A DNA stretch of 62,562 nucleotides, counting the filler, from Chiloscyllium plagiosum (Eukaryota), in assembly GCF_004010195.1 (NCBI RefSeq). It is 6 parts of one record of this genome, joined end to end, with 100 filler letters (N's around TTAATTAATTAA, not from the genome) between each part and the next. Parts side by side here need not be neighbours in the genome. Positions count along the whole stretch, not along the records: positions 7,382 to 20,425 come from NC_057717.1; positions 20,526 to 40,709 come from NC_057717.1; 4 more parts are not named here. The stretch is one strand, 5' to 3'. The notes under the pieces were generated by a model. That model was given only the letters and a program-made list of their open reading frames with translations, was not told where the DNA came from and made no database searches. Of this stretch, positions 10,781 through 23,833 are shown piece by piece. Each line of letters starts with the position of its first letter. Positions within the stretch are counted from its first letter, which is position 1. Position numbers and translations under genes: made by a program.

Positions 10781-13231
10781 TAGGTATATAAATTCCACAT
10801 AAAATTCCCTTGGAAATCCGTCAGGACCGGGCGCCTTTCCGCCCTGAAGCTGCTTTACACCCTCCAGCACTGAAAATGGTGCATTAAGGCAAGACACTTG
10901 TTTGGGGGTTACTGCTAGAAGATCCAAGTTCTTGAAGAAAGACTCCATCGTAGTCCACCTATCCTCATAATGCTCAGTCTGATATAATTCGGAGGGAAAT
11001 CTCCGAAATGCTGCTTTAACCTTTATGGGATTTCAGGTAAGGGTTCCAGTACCTTCCTTCATTGAGGTAATGGCTTCGGAGCTCTCTTTTTCCTCGCAAG
11101 ATAGGCTAAATACTTGCCCAGCTTATCACCATGCTCAAACAGCCTTTGTATTGCAAAAGTAAGTTCCTTCTTGGCTGTCTGTGTGAGCATGGAATTCACT
11201 GAAGACCGAAGTGTTGTGATCCTCTGCAGCCTAGCCACCGAGAGTCTATCACAGTATGCCCTCTCGGCTGCCTTCAACCTTCAATTATTCCTTTGGCATA
11301 AGCCTTAGCAATTTTCCATAGAATGGATGGGTTACTGGTTGAATCTGAATTAATGGCTCAGAAAGATCTGAATTCATTACAGAAATACTCAATGTACTTT
11401 CTATCCTTAAGAATGTATGGATCTATTCGCCAGTATGGCTTCTCCCCGACTCCTAGTATTAAAAGAGGAGAAATAAACCCGATCAAGCCCGACCTGCTGT
11501 AATGTCAAATGTTCCTTGTCATCAAGGTGCATCTCCTGTAATAGGACAATATCCACCCTCTCCTTGTTAAGGCTAGAAAGTACCTTTTTCCTCTTAAATG
11601 CCTCCCCTTAATGCTCCAGATACACCATTTAAGCACGACATTAGCCATTGCACACTGGAACAACATTTGAAATCCAGAAAGGAAGAACTCGAATTACAAA
11701 TCGCTGAGCATCAATGAAAAAAGACTCATCAAGCTTAAAAAAACATACTAACTAAAACTACTACAACTAACAAGCTTACAAAACGTTCTACAACTAAATA
11801 CATATAAAAACAAACAAAAAACAGGCTACAAAGTGCCAATGGCACTCAGGAAGGGCATTAACCCCACTCCACTCCCAACTGAGGGCATTTGCACGTCACA
11901 AATCTTTATCTTCTGCCCCATTATCAATACTACATCCCGGGCAATTAATCACAAAAATCGGGATTGAACTGTCCTTCGGTAGGCATTTAGTCTTCATGAT
12001 CAGCTTCATAACTCCCTCCAGCTTGAGCCAAACCCGACACAGAAACTTAGCAAGAGAAAAACGAGTATTAATATTAATCAAGTTAAAAGTGTGTACTCTA
12101 CCCATCCCTGACTGTAATTTAACATTACTTAATACCAGAAAGATTCAACAAACGTTCTTTAACACAAAAGAAACATGATTATCGATATGCATTAAAGCAT
12201 TCAGCCTGCTTTATAGTGTCCACAAAGTGTTCGCGTTCCCTGGAGCATCAATGGATCTATTGAAAGATCCAACAGTGCGTAGATCTATTGAAGGCACACG
12301 GATCACCGCTGCGTTCATTGAGGAATACTGAATCTCAAGTTCCCTTAATCTTCTCTTGATATCATCAAAAGATTTTCTTTTCTGAATCACCGCCACTGAA
12401 AAGACCTGGAAGAACATAATCCTGGAGACCTCGTCGGATCTTTTCCCTGTGTTCTGAAAGCTTCCATAAGTCTTTGATTGTCTCTGCAACTACGTAATCG
12501 CACAAGGACAGGGTGAGGGCGTTCGTCTGCGTCTGACCTGCGCTTCGTAACCCGATGAACTGTCTCACTCTTCAACCGTCCCTCTTCAGCTTCGAAGTGA
12601 AGGAACACGGCAGCCAGTTCTCGAAAAAAAACTCACTGGCTGAACACCTTATGTCTCCAGCAGACCGATGATATGAACATTCTTCATTCTGCCCCTGTTT
12701 TCGAGGTAGTCAAATTGTTCAGTTAAGGTACGGACCTGTTTTCCAAGGGCGCGGATCCGCTCCTTAGAAGAATCGATTACAGACTCTGCCCCTGCAGTTT
12801 GACGCTCGACCTCATCCGTTCTGTTTCCAAGGCTTTTAATTTGCTGTCAAATGTTTTGGAGCACGCCTGAGAGTGGTTCTAGCCTCCTGCTGAACTTTTC
12901 TTCAATCATGCCTTCAATCATTTCATGTAACTTGTTGAACTCGGTGACCAAGACCTGGTGAGTAACTGGGTCCATGAAACGAGCAGAAGTGGTTGCAGGT
13001 GAGGTCACAGGCATGCTGACAGCTTCTGACGGGTGCCCTGCGTGTTGGGACTTAGTCGATCCTTTCCCATGTTTTGTCATTTCCACTTGACAAATTTTCA
13101 TTAGTAAGGATTCTGTAGCTCTTTTAGTGTTGACTTTTAAGTAAATGACTGTGGTGGGGTGGGGTAGAGCATTACTGTGATGCAGAGCTCAGCAAAGCAG
13201 ACCTTCCAGATCGCTGCCATCTTGTTTCCCC
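10781..13231 (-). mobile_element. L1 LINE 5' part (ORF1, spacer, deleted EN, start of RT); inverted duplicate copy
   Basis: 5' GGGGAAACAAGATGGC; ORF1 RIMFFQVFS..QKRKSFDDIKRRL; GKAPGPDGFPREFY; reverse complement of the L1 copies at 17505 and 32427. Confidence 0.9.
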
Positions 13232-13719
13232 TTTAAAGCTTTATCGATGTTATCCATTTCGTTTAATTCCTGGATATTCTGGAGCCGTGTCATTCAGTAC
13301 CACTGTCTACAGTTTCCCCAACACTGCACATTGCTGCTCGATAATCCTTCACTCCTTTGCGATTCGTGAACCTTGCCTCAAAAGTATTCAATATCTCTGC
13401 CTCACATGCTCTGTGGGGATGAGTGTCATAAGACTCACTGCACTCTGAAAAAACAAAAATAAACCGACTCATCGATGTGTAAGATTAGCTTTATTTTTGC
13501 ATTGGGATCTGAGCAAGGATATAGTAACACAGGAAACAGTTCATAGATGTTTCACTTCATTTATTCCATGCATGAAGGGCTGATATTATGGCGACTTTAA
13601 CAGGCTACCCTTGGGATGACAGCTGATCTTATTGAAATATACAAAGCCTTGAGGCGAGTGCATCAGGTATATACCGACTGGGAGTTTGTATAGCCCAATC
13701 TTGATGCCGTTGTCATTGA

Positions 13720-14050
13720 ACACCTACAGTGTGGCAGCAGGACATTCGACCCATGCAGTCCACACCAACCCACCGGACATTATCCTATCCAGACCTGTCC
13801 CCCTACCTTATCCATGTAACCCTGCATTTCCCATGACTAACCCACTTAACCTACACATCCCTCGTCACACTGGGTAGTTTAGCATGGCCAATCAAACTAA
13901 GCTGTATATCTTTGAACTGTGGGAGGAAACTGGAGAACTTGGAAGAAACCCACACAGGCACGGGAAGAATGTTCAAACTCCACATAGAGTGTCGGACGAG
14001 GTTGGAATTGAGTTCAGCTCCTTGTTGATATGAGGCAGCAGTACTAACCA
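13720..14050 (-). mobile_element. Diverged V-SINE
   Basis: V-domain and GGCCATGCTAAA motif on minus strand; paralog of 16690-17012 and 31610-31935. Confidence 0.8.
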
Positions 14051-14765
14051 AAAATTTAACATGCTGCTCCGTTAGCCCTATTTGTTACCTGTGGCTGACG
14101 AAAGAAATCTGCCTGACTTGTTCCAATCGCTAAACCTGACCCAGTCAGAGACCTTTATCATCGGTCATATCACCAACCTGGTTACATTTAAAATTTGTTG
14201 AGAACAGTGGAGGAGCAGTACTAGGAAACGAAACAGTGACACCCTCCAACCACAGTCAGAGCCGGNNNNNNNNNNNNNNNNNNNNNNNNNNNNNNNNNNN
14301 NNNNNNNNNNNNNNNNNNNNNNNNNNNNNNNNNNNNNNNNNNNNNNNNNNNNNNNNNNNNNNNNNNNNNNNNNNNNNNNNNNNNNNNNNNNNNNNNNNNN
14401 NNNNNNNNNNNNNNNNNNNNNNNNNNNNNNNNNNNNNNNNNNNNNNNNNNNNNNNNNNNNNNNNNNNNNNNNNNNNNNNNNNNNNNNNNNNNNNNNNNNN
14501 NNNNNNNNNNNNNNNNNNNNNNNNNNNNNNNNNNNNNNNNNNNNNNNNNNNNNNNNNNNNNNNNNNNNNNNNNNNNNNNNNNNNNNNNNNNNNNNNNNNN
14601 NNNNNNNNNNNNNNNNNNNNNNNNNNNNNNNNNNNNNNNNNNNNNNNNNNNNNNNNNNNNNNNNNNNNNNNNNNNNNNNNNNNNNNNNNNNNNNNNNNNN
14701 NNNNNNNNNNNNNNNNNNNNNNNNNNNNNNNNNNNNNNNNNNNNNNNNNNNNNNNNNNNNNNNNN

Positions 14766-15620
14766 ACAAGCAGATTTGATAAAGGGCACTGGTCAACATG
14801 AGGCTTTCCAGAAAGTTTTCTCAAGGTATCACAATATAAACGTTCTGACACAAGACAGAGGCTCGTAGTATGATGAATAATATATCAGCATGGGATGACA
14901 GTTGTTTAACACATAGAAATCGGAGAGTCAGGATTAATGGATCTTTATGATAAAAACGTATCTACTGGATTACCACAAATAACCGATGGGATCAGTTGTT
15001 TACAATCTATACTGATAGCCTGACGGCGGGAGATGAGTGCAATATACATCCGAGTTTGTGGATGACACTGAGAACCAAAATGCAGGCTGTTATTTAATGA
15101 AGAGGACGCCCAAAAAAGGGAGCAGTACAAAGGGTTTGGAGTGTTCTTGTGTTTGAATCATAACGTCAGCATGCTGATGCAGCAAGTAACTAGGTTGGTT
15201 CATGAGGCAGCTTCCTGGGATGAAAGGATTTAATTATTGAATACATCTAAAATGGTGAGGCGAATATTCATTGCGGTTGAAATGAATGAGGGTGATATTA
15301 CTGAAATGTATAAGATACAGAGGGGGGTTATCAAGGTAAATGCTGAGAAGGTGTTTCCCCTGAGTCTCGAACTCGAGGCGGTAGATAACGAATAAGGAAC
15401 ATCGATTTCAATCTGAGGTGAAAAATGATGCACACTCTCAGAAGGCAGTGGACGTCTGAAATTCCCTAACCTAGAGAGTTGTGGAGGGATACAGGGAATT
15501 GGGTAGGAAAGTGGAGTTGAGACCGGAAGTACATCAGTCATGTTCTTATTGAATGAGAGTTCAGGCCTGAGGGGCCGAATAGCCGACTCACGTTCCTACT
15601 TCTTTAGTTTTTATGTTAAT
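14766..15620 (+). mobile_element. Old CR1 RT-to-3' end relic
   Basis: Degenerate FQKVF.KVSQ, RVRING, FVDDT and CR1 tail AGGGGCCGAATAGCC..TTCCTACTTCTT. Confidence 0.65.
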
Positions 15621-15982
15621 TTTGGAAAGTAATTAGTTATTTTCCTGGAAGTCGTGTTGTACAATATTGCATTCGTGAAAGGAGAAAATTTGCCTGAGTT
15701 AACCCTGGATGGGATATGGGGGCAGTCTTCAGAGCTATTCCAGAGCAGAAGTTACAGAGCGGGGAAGTCTGGAAAAAGGGATTGCTGCTGGGGGTCACTT
15801 CTGACCAAGCCTGGAATTTCCAAGTGCATTTCCGAAACTACACTTAACCATCGGCGTGGCCTCGATCTGCCTGTGTGTAGCAGGTCCGAAGGGTTGAATC
15901 AAACATCAGAACAAAGGGCTGAGGGACACGAGTGGGCCAATCAGCACTTTGACACTACTCCACTCGTAAATAAGGTCATAGT

Positions 15983-16280
15983 GGGCGGCACGGTGGCACA
16001 GTGGTTGGCACTGTTCCCTCACAGTACCAGAGACCGGGTTCAATTCCGGCCTCAGGCGACTGACTGTGTGGAGTTTGCAAGTTCTCCCCGTGTCTGCGTG
16101 GGTTTCCTCCGGGTGTTCCGACTAACTCCCACAGTCCAAAGATGTGCAGGTGAGGTGAATTGGCCATGCTAAATTGCCTGTAGTATTAGATGTAGAGGTA
16201 CGGGTGGGTTGCGCTTCGGCGGGTCGGTGTGGACTTGTTGGACTGAAGGGCCTGTTTCCACACTGTAATCTAATCTAATC
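15983..16280 (+). mobile_element. HE1-type V-SINE, full length
   Basis: GGGCGGCACGGTGGCACAGTGG A-box, GGTTCAATTCC B-box, V-domain, (TAATC)n tail. Confidence 0.92.
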
Positions 16281-16689
16281 ATGGCTCTTCTCATTGTGCT
16301 CCCAGCTGCACTTTTCTCTCCATGCAGCATTATCCCTGATTCATCTGTCTACGGAAAATCAGACACAGCCATAAGAAGATAATATAATATTAATATGAAG
16401 ATTCAGCCATCCCAAACTTCTGGGAAAGAGAATTCCCACTTGAATGAAATCCCACTTTGTGAATTTTTCCTCACTCCGGCTCTGACGGTGGTTGGAGGGT
16501 GTCACTATTTCCTTTTCCAGTACCTTTCCTCCACTGCTCACAACAAATTTTAAATGTAACCAGGTTGGTGATATGACCGATGATAAAGGTCTCAGACTGG
16601 GTCAGGTTTAGCGATATGAACAAGTCAGGCAGATTTCTTTTGTCAGCCGCAGGTAACAAATAGGGCTAACGGAGCAGCATGTTAGATTT

Positions 16690-17012
16690 GTGGTTAGCAC
16701 CGCTGCCTCATATCAACAAGGAGCTGAACTCAATCCCAACCTCGTCCGACACTCTATGTGGAGTTTGAACATTCTTCCCGTGTCTGTGTGGGTTTCTCCC
16801 CAGTTCTCCAGTTTCCTCCCACAGTTCAAAGATATACTGCTTAGTTTGATTGGCCATGCTAAATTACCCAGTGTGACCAGGGATGTGTAGGTTAAGTGGG
16901 TTAGTCATGGGAAATGCAGGGTAACATGGATAGGGGGACAGGTCTGGATAGGATAATGTTCGGTGGGTTGTTGTGGACTCGATGGGTCGAAAGTCCTGCT
17001 GCCACTCTGTAG
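16690..17012 (+). mobile_element. Diverged V-SINE
   Basis: GTGGTTAGCACCGCTGCCTCA..TGTGGAGTTTG..TTCCTCCCACAG..GGCCATGCTAAATT. Confidence 0.8.
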
Positions 17013-17504
17013 AGGTTCAATGACAACGTCATCATTATTGGGCTAGACAAACTCCCAGTCGGTGTATACCTGATGCACTCGCCTCAAGACTTTGTATATT
17101 TCAATAAGATCAGCTTTCATTCCAAGGGTAGCCTGTTAAAGTCGCCATAATATCAGCCCTTCATGCATGAAATAAATGAAGTGAAACATCTATGAACTGC
17201 TTCCAGTGTTACTATATCCTTGCTCAGATACGACTGCAAAAATAAAGCTAATCTTACACATCGATGAGTCGGTTTATTTTTGTTTTCTCAGAGTGCAGTG
17301 AGTCTTATGACACTCTTCCCCACAGAACATGGGAAGCAGAGATATTGAATACTTTTGAGACAAGGTTCACGAATCACAAAGGAGTGAAGGATTATTGAGC
17401 AGCAATGTGCAGTGTTGGGGAAACTGTAGACAGTGGTACTGAATGACACGGCTCCAGAATATCCAGGAATTAAACGAAATGGATAACATCGATCAAGTTT
17501 TAAA

Positions 17505-20425
17505 GGGGAAACAAGAATGCAGCGATCTGTAAGGTCTGCTTTGCTGAGCTCTGCATCACAGTAATGCTCTACCCCACCCCACCACATTTATTTACTTAAA
17601 AGTCAACACTAAAAGTGTTACAGAATCCTTACTAATACCAACTTGTCAAGTGGAAATAACAAAACATGGGAAAGGATCGATTAAGTCCCAACACGCAGGG
17701 GACCCGTCAGAAGCTGTCAGCATGCCTGTGACCTCACCTGCAACCCACTCTGCTCGTTCCATGGACCCAGTTCCTCACCAGTACTTGGTCACTGAGTCCT
17801 CCAAGTTACATGAAATGATTGAAGCCATGATTGAAGAAAAGTTCAGCAGGAGGCTAGAACCACTCTCATGCGTGCTCCAAAAAATATGAACAGCAAACTG
17901 AACGCCTTGGAGACAGAACGGATGAGGTCGAGCGTCAAACTGCAGGGGCAGAGTCTGTAATCGATTCCTCTAAGGAGCGGGTCCGCGCCCTTGGAAAACA
18001 GGTCCATACCTTAACTGAACAAGGTGACGACCTCGAAAACAGGGGCAGAATGAAGAATGTTCATATCATCGGTCTGCTGGAGACATAAGGTGTTCAGCCA
18101 GTGAGTTTTTTTCTAGAACTGGCTGCCGTGTTCCTTCACATCGAAGCTGAAGAGGGACGGGTGAAGAGTGAGACAGTTCATCGGGTTACGGAGCGCAGGC
18201 CAGACTCAGACCAACACCCTCACCCTGTCCTTGTGCGATTACGTAGTTGCAGAGACAATCAAAGACTTATGGAAGCTTCCAGAACTCAGGGAAAAGATCC
18301 GACGAGGTTTCCAGGATTATGTTCTTCCAGGTCTTTTCAGCGGCAGTGAGTCAGAAAAGAAAATCTTTTGATGATATCAAGAGAAGATTAAGGGAACTTG
18401 AGATTCAGTATTCCTCAATGAACGCAGCGATGCTCCGTATGCTTTCAATAGATCTACGCACTGGTGGATCTTTCAATAGATCCATTGACGCTCCAGAGGA
18501 CGCGAAAACTTTGTGGACACTATAAAGCAGGCTGGATGCTTTAATGGATATGGATAATCATGCTTCTCTCGTTTTAAAGAACGTTTTTTGAATCTTTTTG
18601 GTATTAAGTAATGTTAAATTACAGTCAGGGATGGGTAGAGTACACACTTTTAACTTGATTAATATTAATACTCGTTTTTCTCTTGCTTAGTTTCTGTGTC
18701 GGGTTTGGCTCAAGCTGGAGGGAGTTATGAAGCTGATCATGAAGACTGAATGTCTACCCAAGGACAGTTCAATCCCGATTTTTGTGATTAATTGCCCGGG
18801 ATGTAGTGTTGATAATGGGGCAGAAGATAAAGATGTGTGAGTTGCAAATGACCCCAGTTGGGGGGGAGGTTTAATGCCCCTCATGAGTGCCATTGGCACT
18901 TTGTAGTCTGTTTCTTGTTTGTTTTTATATGTATTTAGTTGTAGAACGTTTTGAAAGCTTGTTAGTTGTAGTAGTTTTAGTTAGTATGTTTTTTTTTCGG
19001 CTCGATGAGTCTTTTTTCATTGATGCTCAGCGATTTGTAATTCGAGTTCTTCCTCTCTGGATTTCAAATGTTGTTCCAATGTGTTATGGCTAATGTCATG
19101 CTTAAATGGCGTATCTGGAGCATTAAGGGGAAGTAGTTAAGAGGAAAAAGGTACTTTCTAGCCTTAACAAGGAGAGAGTGGATGTTGTCCTATTGCAGGA
19201 GATGCACCTTGATGACAAGGAACATTTGACATTACAGCAGGGTGGGTTTGATCAGGTTTATTTCTCGTATTTTAATACTAGGAGTAGGGGAGAAGCCATA
19301 GGAAGAATCTTCCATTTAAATTACGAGATTGTATTAAGCACCCACGGGAGTATCATAATCCTCAAACTTATATGGGGAAGAAATGGTATTTTGAATGCTT
19401 ACTGCCCCCTGGTGCACAGCCTTAAATGGCTGAGAGATGCATTTTCCAAATTAAGTAATCTTCCTTCGCAGCACATTATTGTAGGAGGAGACTTTAATTG
19501 TCTGTTGCACCCACGGTGGACAGAATGCCCAAAATCCCCAGTACCATCTTTACGTCCGAAGCAATTAGTGGGCTTTTGTGTGGAACTAGGGCTGGTGGAT
19601 GTTTGGAGGCCGATTTACCTCATAGATAGGGATTTTGCTTTCTTCTTTAACTCGCAGAAATGCCACACTAGGGTTGATCTCTTCCACACCTTGTATCAAT
19701 CTTCAATTCAGTGGTGTTCTTTACAATTGGGAATATTACCATTTCTGACCATGCAACAGTGTACTTATTGGTAAAGATTAAGGGCAATATAACAAGTTTG
19801 AGACACTGGCGACTAGATCCCTATATTCTTAAGGATAGAAAGTACATTGAGTATTTCTGGATTGAATTCAGATCTTTCTGAGCCATTAATTCAGATTCAA
19901 CCAGTAACTCATCCATTCTATGGAAAATTACTAAGGCTTATGCCAAAGGAATAATTATTCCTTAGGATGCGGCAGAAGCTGGAGCAGGAACGCTTGCTCC
20001 AGGCACGGTTGAAGGCAGCCGAGAGGGCATACTGTGATAGACCATCGGTGGCTAGGCTGCAGAGGATTACAACGCTTCGGTCTGCAGTGAATTCCATGCT
20101 CACACAGACAGCCAAGGAGGAACTTACTTTTGCAAACCAAAGGCTGTTTGAGCATGGTGATAAGCTGGGCAAGTATTTAGCCTATCTTGCGAGGGATAAG
20201 AGAGCTCTGAATCCATTACCTCAATTAGGGAAGGTACTGGAACCCTTACCTGAGATCCCATAAAGGTTAAAGCAGCATTTCGGAGATATTTCTCCGAATT
20301 ATATCAGACTGAGCATTATGAGGATAGGTGGACTACGATGGAGTCTTTCTTCAAGAACTTGGATCTTCCAGCGGTAACCCCCAAATAAGTGTCTTGCCTT
20401 AATGCACTATTGTCAGTGCTGGAGG
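17505..20425 (+). mobile_element. L1 LINE (ORF1, spacer, endonuclease), decayed, cut by gap
   Basis: L1 ORF1 motifs; EN motifs DVVLLQEMHL, IIVGGDFNC, LVDVWR, TRVDLF. Confidence 0.9.
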
Positions 20426-20525
20426 NNNNNNNNNNNNNNNNNNNNNNNNNNNNNNNNNNNNNNNNNNNNTTAATTAATTAANNNNNNNNNNNNNNNNNNN
20501 NNNNNNNNNNNNNNNNNNNNNNNNN

Positions 20526-20690
20526 TTCCTTGGATGCTGCCTGACCTGCTGCGCTTTTCCAGCAACACATTTTCAGCTCTGATCTCCAGCATCTGCAGTC
20601 CTCACTTTCTCCTCGAAGAGCACAGCAGGTCAGGGCGCATCCATGAAGCAGGAAAGTCTATGTTTCGGTCATAAGGCCTTCATCAGGAAT
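20526..20690. mobile_element. Penelope-like terminal-repeat fragments (young + strand, older - strand with degenerate hammerhead)
   Basis: Duplicate of 40920-41085; minus strand CTGATGA-AGGCCTTATGACC-GAAAC. Confidence 0.65.
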
Positions 20691-21073
20691 TCATTTCAGA
20701 ATTCACGTTTTCCTAATCCTCTGAAGGAAGAGAGTGAGTCAACATTTTTAATTTTGGAATTCTTAATCCGAACAGCTTTTGTTTTCGATCTCCAGTATAT
20801 GCAGCTTCTTGTTTTATTTTAAATCAGCAATTATCTTGCATGCTGCAGTATTAATGGACGACTTGATCTGGGAAGAAGTTGAAGGGGTGAGGACAGAAGA
20901 GCAGGCAATGTGTCAGTCACAGCTTAAGGCCTTGTCCACCAGAATGTGAATCCTGGGGTGGAGGTGAAGGAGAGCTTGTCAAAAGCATCGCACTGGAATT
21001 GGACATCATTTGAACAGATGTGACAGATCCAGAGAAAGTGGGAGGATGCAGTTTCTCGCGCAGCTGGTCATTG

Positions 21074-21385
21074 AGTGGCACAATGGCTAGCAATACTGCC
21101 TTACAGCACCAATGACCTGGGTTCGATTCCACCCTTTGGTGATACTCTTTGTTTCTTCTGACTGTTTGGTTTTCCTCTCACAACCAAAAATGTCCAGATT
21201 AGATTCAATGACCTCACTAAATTGCTCCGCAGTATCCAGGATGTGCAGGTTCAGTGGATTCTCTATGGGAAATGTAGAGTTTCCGGGTAACGTTTGGGTT
21301 TGTTGGTCGGGATGTTATCTGGAGGGTCAGTGTGGACACATTGGGCCAAATGGTCTGGTTCCACACTGCAGGTCATCTATAATTT
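21074..21385 (+). mobile_element. Old V-SINE with internal deletion (paralog 41467-41810)
   Basis: GTGGCACAATGGCTAGC..GGTTCGATTCC..TGGGCCAAATGGTCTGGTTCCACACTG. Confidence 0.65.
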
Positions 21386-21439
21386 CTATGTAGCTGTCTG
21401 TGTTTGGAAACACTTCCCAGGATCCTATCTTTAAGTGCT

Positions 21440-22930
21440 AACACAAGTTGCCTCAACAAAATGCTATATCTTCCATTTGTCTGACATGAACTCCATCAGC
21501 CACTCCTCGGCCCTTTAGCCTATCTAATCAGCGTCCCGGTTTACTCTGAGTTAACCATCTTCACTGTCCACTACCTCACCAATTTTGGTGTTATCTGCAA
21601 ACTCACAATTCCTACTGTATTCACATCCAAATCATTTATTATAAAATGACAAAATCGATTCGATCCTTGTGGCCCACTGCTGGTCACAGGACTCAAGTCC
21701 AAAAATATATAACAGTTCACAAACATTTCCTTCGTCTATTATCCTTCGAGCCAATTACCTTCAACTCTCCCTGTATACCATGCGATGTCACCATGCTAGC
21801 CAGTTTACCATACGGACCCTTTTTGAATGCCTTACTAAAGTCTATATTCTATTCCACAGTTCTATTTCCGTGCCTTCATCAATCCTATTCGTCACTTCTT
21901 CAAAACGATAAATCAAATTAGTGGGACACGCTTTTCCACACACAAAGTCATGTGTGTAATTTACATTTCTAAACACAAGTAAATGCTGTCCCTCAGAATC
22001 CCCTCCAACAACTTACCCACCAATGGCATCAGTCCCACTTGTGTACAGTTTCCTGACATTTCAGCGAGAGACCGAACAATTACTTCTCTAGCTTCCCAAC
22101 AGATCTGGTGCACATCTGATTAGTTCATGGATCATAGAACAGTGCAGCACAGTACAGGCCCTTGAGCTGTTGATGTTGTGCCGGCAGTTTCTCCTACTCT
22201 AAGGTCAGACTAACCTTCATGTCCATCATTGTACTAAAACCCACGTGCCTAACCAAGAGTCACTTAAAAGGTCAGAGGGGGTTATCCAAAATAATGCATT
22301 TTAAATATCCAGCTCATCATCTTCTGTAATATGGGCAATTTTCAAGATGTCACTATTCATTTCCCAAGTTCCCTACCTTCCATATCCTACTCTACAGTAA
22401 ATTCTGACGCAAAATATTTATTTAGTATCTCACCGATCTCCTGTAGTTTCACGCATAGATCAACATTTCTGATCATTCCTGTTCTCTCCCTGCTTACTCT
22501 TTTGACCATAATGTAGTTGTAGAATCTCTTTGGAATGTCCCTTACCCTATTTTCGAAAGATATCTTAGGTCCCCATTTTGCCCTCCTGATTTCCATCTTG
22601 AGTATTAGCCTACATCCCTGGTACTCCACGATGGATTCACTCGATCCCTACTGTCTGTACCAATCATATGCTTCCGCCTTTTCTTGAACAGAGCCTCAAT
22701 ACTGCTCGCCATTCAGCATTCCCTACACCTACCAGCCTTACCCTGCTCATAGGCAGGAACGTTGTGTCGCTAGACTCTGTAACTCATTTGTGAAGGTCTC
22801 TCACTTTCCCGGCAATAGCTTCTCCAAAGCAGCTTTCAAAGTGCCAACATAAAACATTCAAAGTTGGCGTGAGTCAACTTAAAACTTTAAACTTTATATT
22901 AGGAGTATTTTTCTCAGTAAGTATTTTACA
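21440..22930 (-). mobile_element. Old CR1 ORF2 fragments (paralog 41870-43360)
   Basis: EIRRAK..IPKRFYNYI..GEILNKYFASEFT; VGKLL.GILRD; FADNTKIG-like motifs on minus strand. Confidence 0.75.
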
Positions 22931-23395
22931 ACTGATAGTTACTGCATAACAAACTCAAGAAGCAGTATGGCCCCCCTGTCCCTTTGTAACAAGGGCATGG
23001 AGACAGAATTACTTCCTCCTGTTCCTGCGCAGCAGTCTCGATGCTCTGAATGATGTCCCAAGGTTATGGAAGAATTTGACAGCAGTGCATATAAAACCAG
23101 GAGCAACATTACACAAAGTAAATGGACAATAAATATATACATTGGTTTATTGGCTCTGCAAATTACCCCACCAGTCACCTTATGCAGCGGGTCTGTTACT
23201 TTTTCACTGTCGCCGTTTATAAACAGTATGTAATATACATAGTCCTGCAGTGTTCTGGCACTACTTCCACATGCACGGAAGAAACAATAAGAAGATTGAA
23301 AGATTTATGGTCCACCCCTAAGCAACGCCCATCCATTCCACCCACACCGAGAAAATGTTCACTTTTATTGGGATATGAAAAGTGATGTCAGGAAG

Positions 23396-23623
23396 GGGTT
23401 AACTGGACCTGTTTGTTCAGTGACTGTGATTAAAGTTAGTCTCCATGGGTTGCAATTACCCCAGTGTACGGTTTCTATTTTTTATTGATAAGTGGGCTCC
23501 GTTCAAGCTGTTATCCCACAGTATGTGGGAGCATCACTAACAGTGTTAACAGGAATCAGCAGCTCCAGAGAGACAGGGGAGAAAGATCAGAGTCTGAGCA
23601 CAAGCGTCTGGAATGTTTCAACA
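23396..23623 (+). promoter_or_regulatory. Conserved upstream block (putative promoter/5'UTR) of GPR139-like exon 1
   Basis: GGGTTAAC..TTTGTTCAG.GAC.GTGATT..GTTCAA..TGTTATCC.A.AGTAT..AGCATCA..ACAG..TAACAGG..TCAGCAG shared with 43787-44013 (+) and 49138-49365 (-). Confidence 0.5.
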
Positions 23624-23833
23624 ATGGATCAGAATCTGAGACCATTAGACTGGAATGTTACAGCAATGGATCACAATCTGAGAACATTAGACTGGAATGT
23701 CCCAGGAATGAACAGGAGTTTATACTGGGATGTTTGGTTTCTTATAACATATTATTATCGTGGCGGATCAAATATGCACTTTACAATATACAATATTTTT
23801 ATTATCCAATCCTGGCTTTTGTTGGTGTACCTG
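23624..23833 (+). pseudogene. GPR139/GPR142-like GPCR exon 1 (copy A), frameshifted
   Basis: MDQNLRPLDWNVTA-MDHNLRTLDWNVPG-MNRSLYWDVWFL then, in another frame, SWRIKYALYNIQYFYYPILAFVGVP G|GTAAG; lacks the 13 nt GATCGAGGGTCAT present in copy B. Confidence 0.8.

Noticed and set aside
15983..16060. tRNA-like sequences with A and B boxes
   Set aside because: They are heads of V-SINEs, continuing into the V-domain and CR1-like tail.
15654..16172. 172-aa ORF conserved at 30565-31083
   Set aside because: GTG start, runs into a SINE, no recognisable domain; conservation reflects recent segmental duplication.
17650..18525. L1TD1-like domesticated gene
   Set aside because: Disrupted ORF1 inside a complete L1 structure with ORF2.
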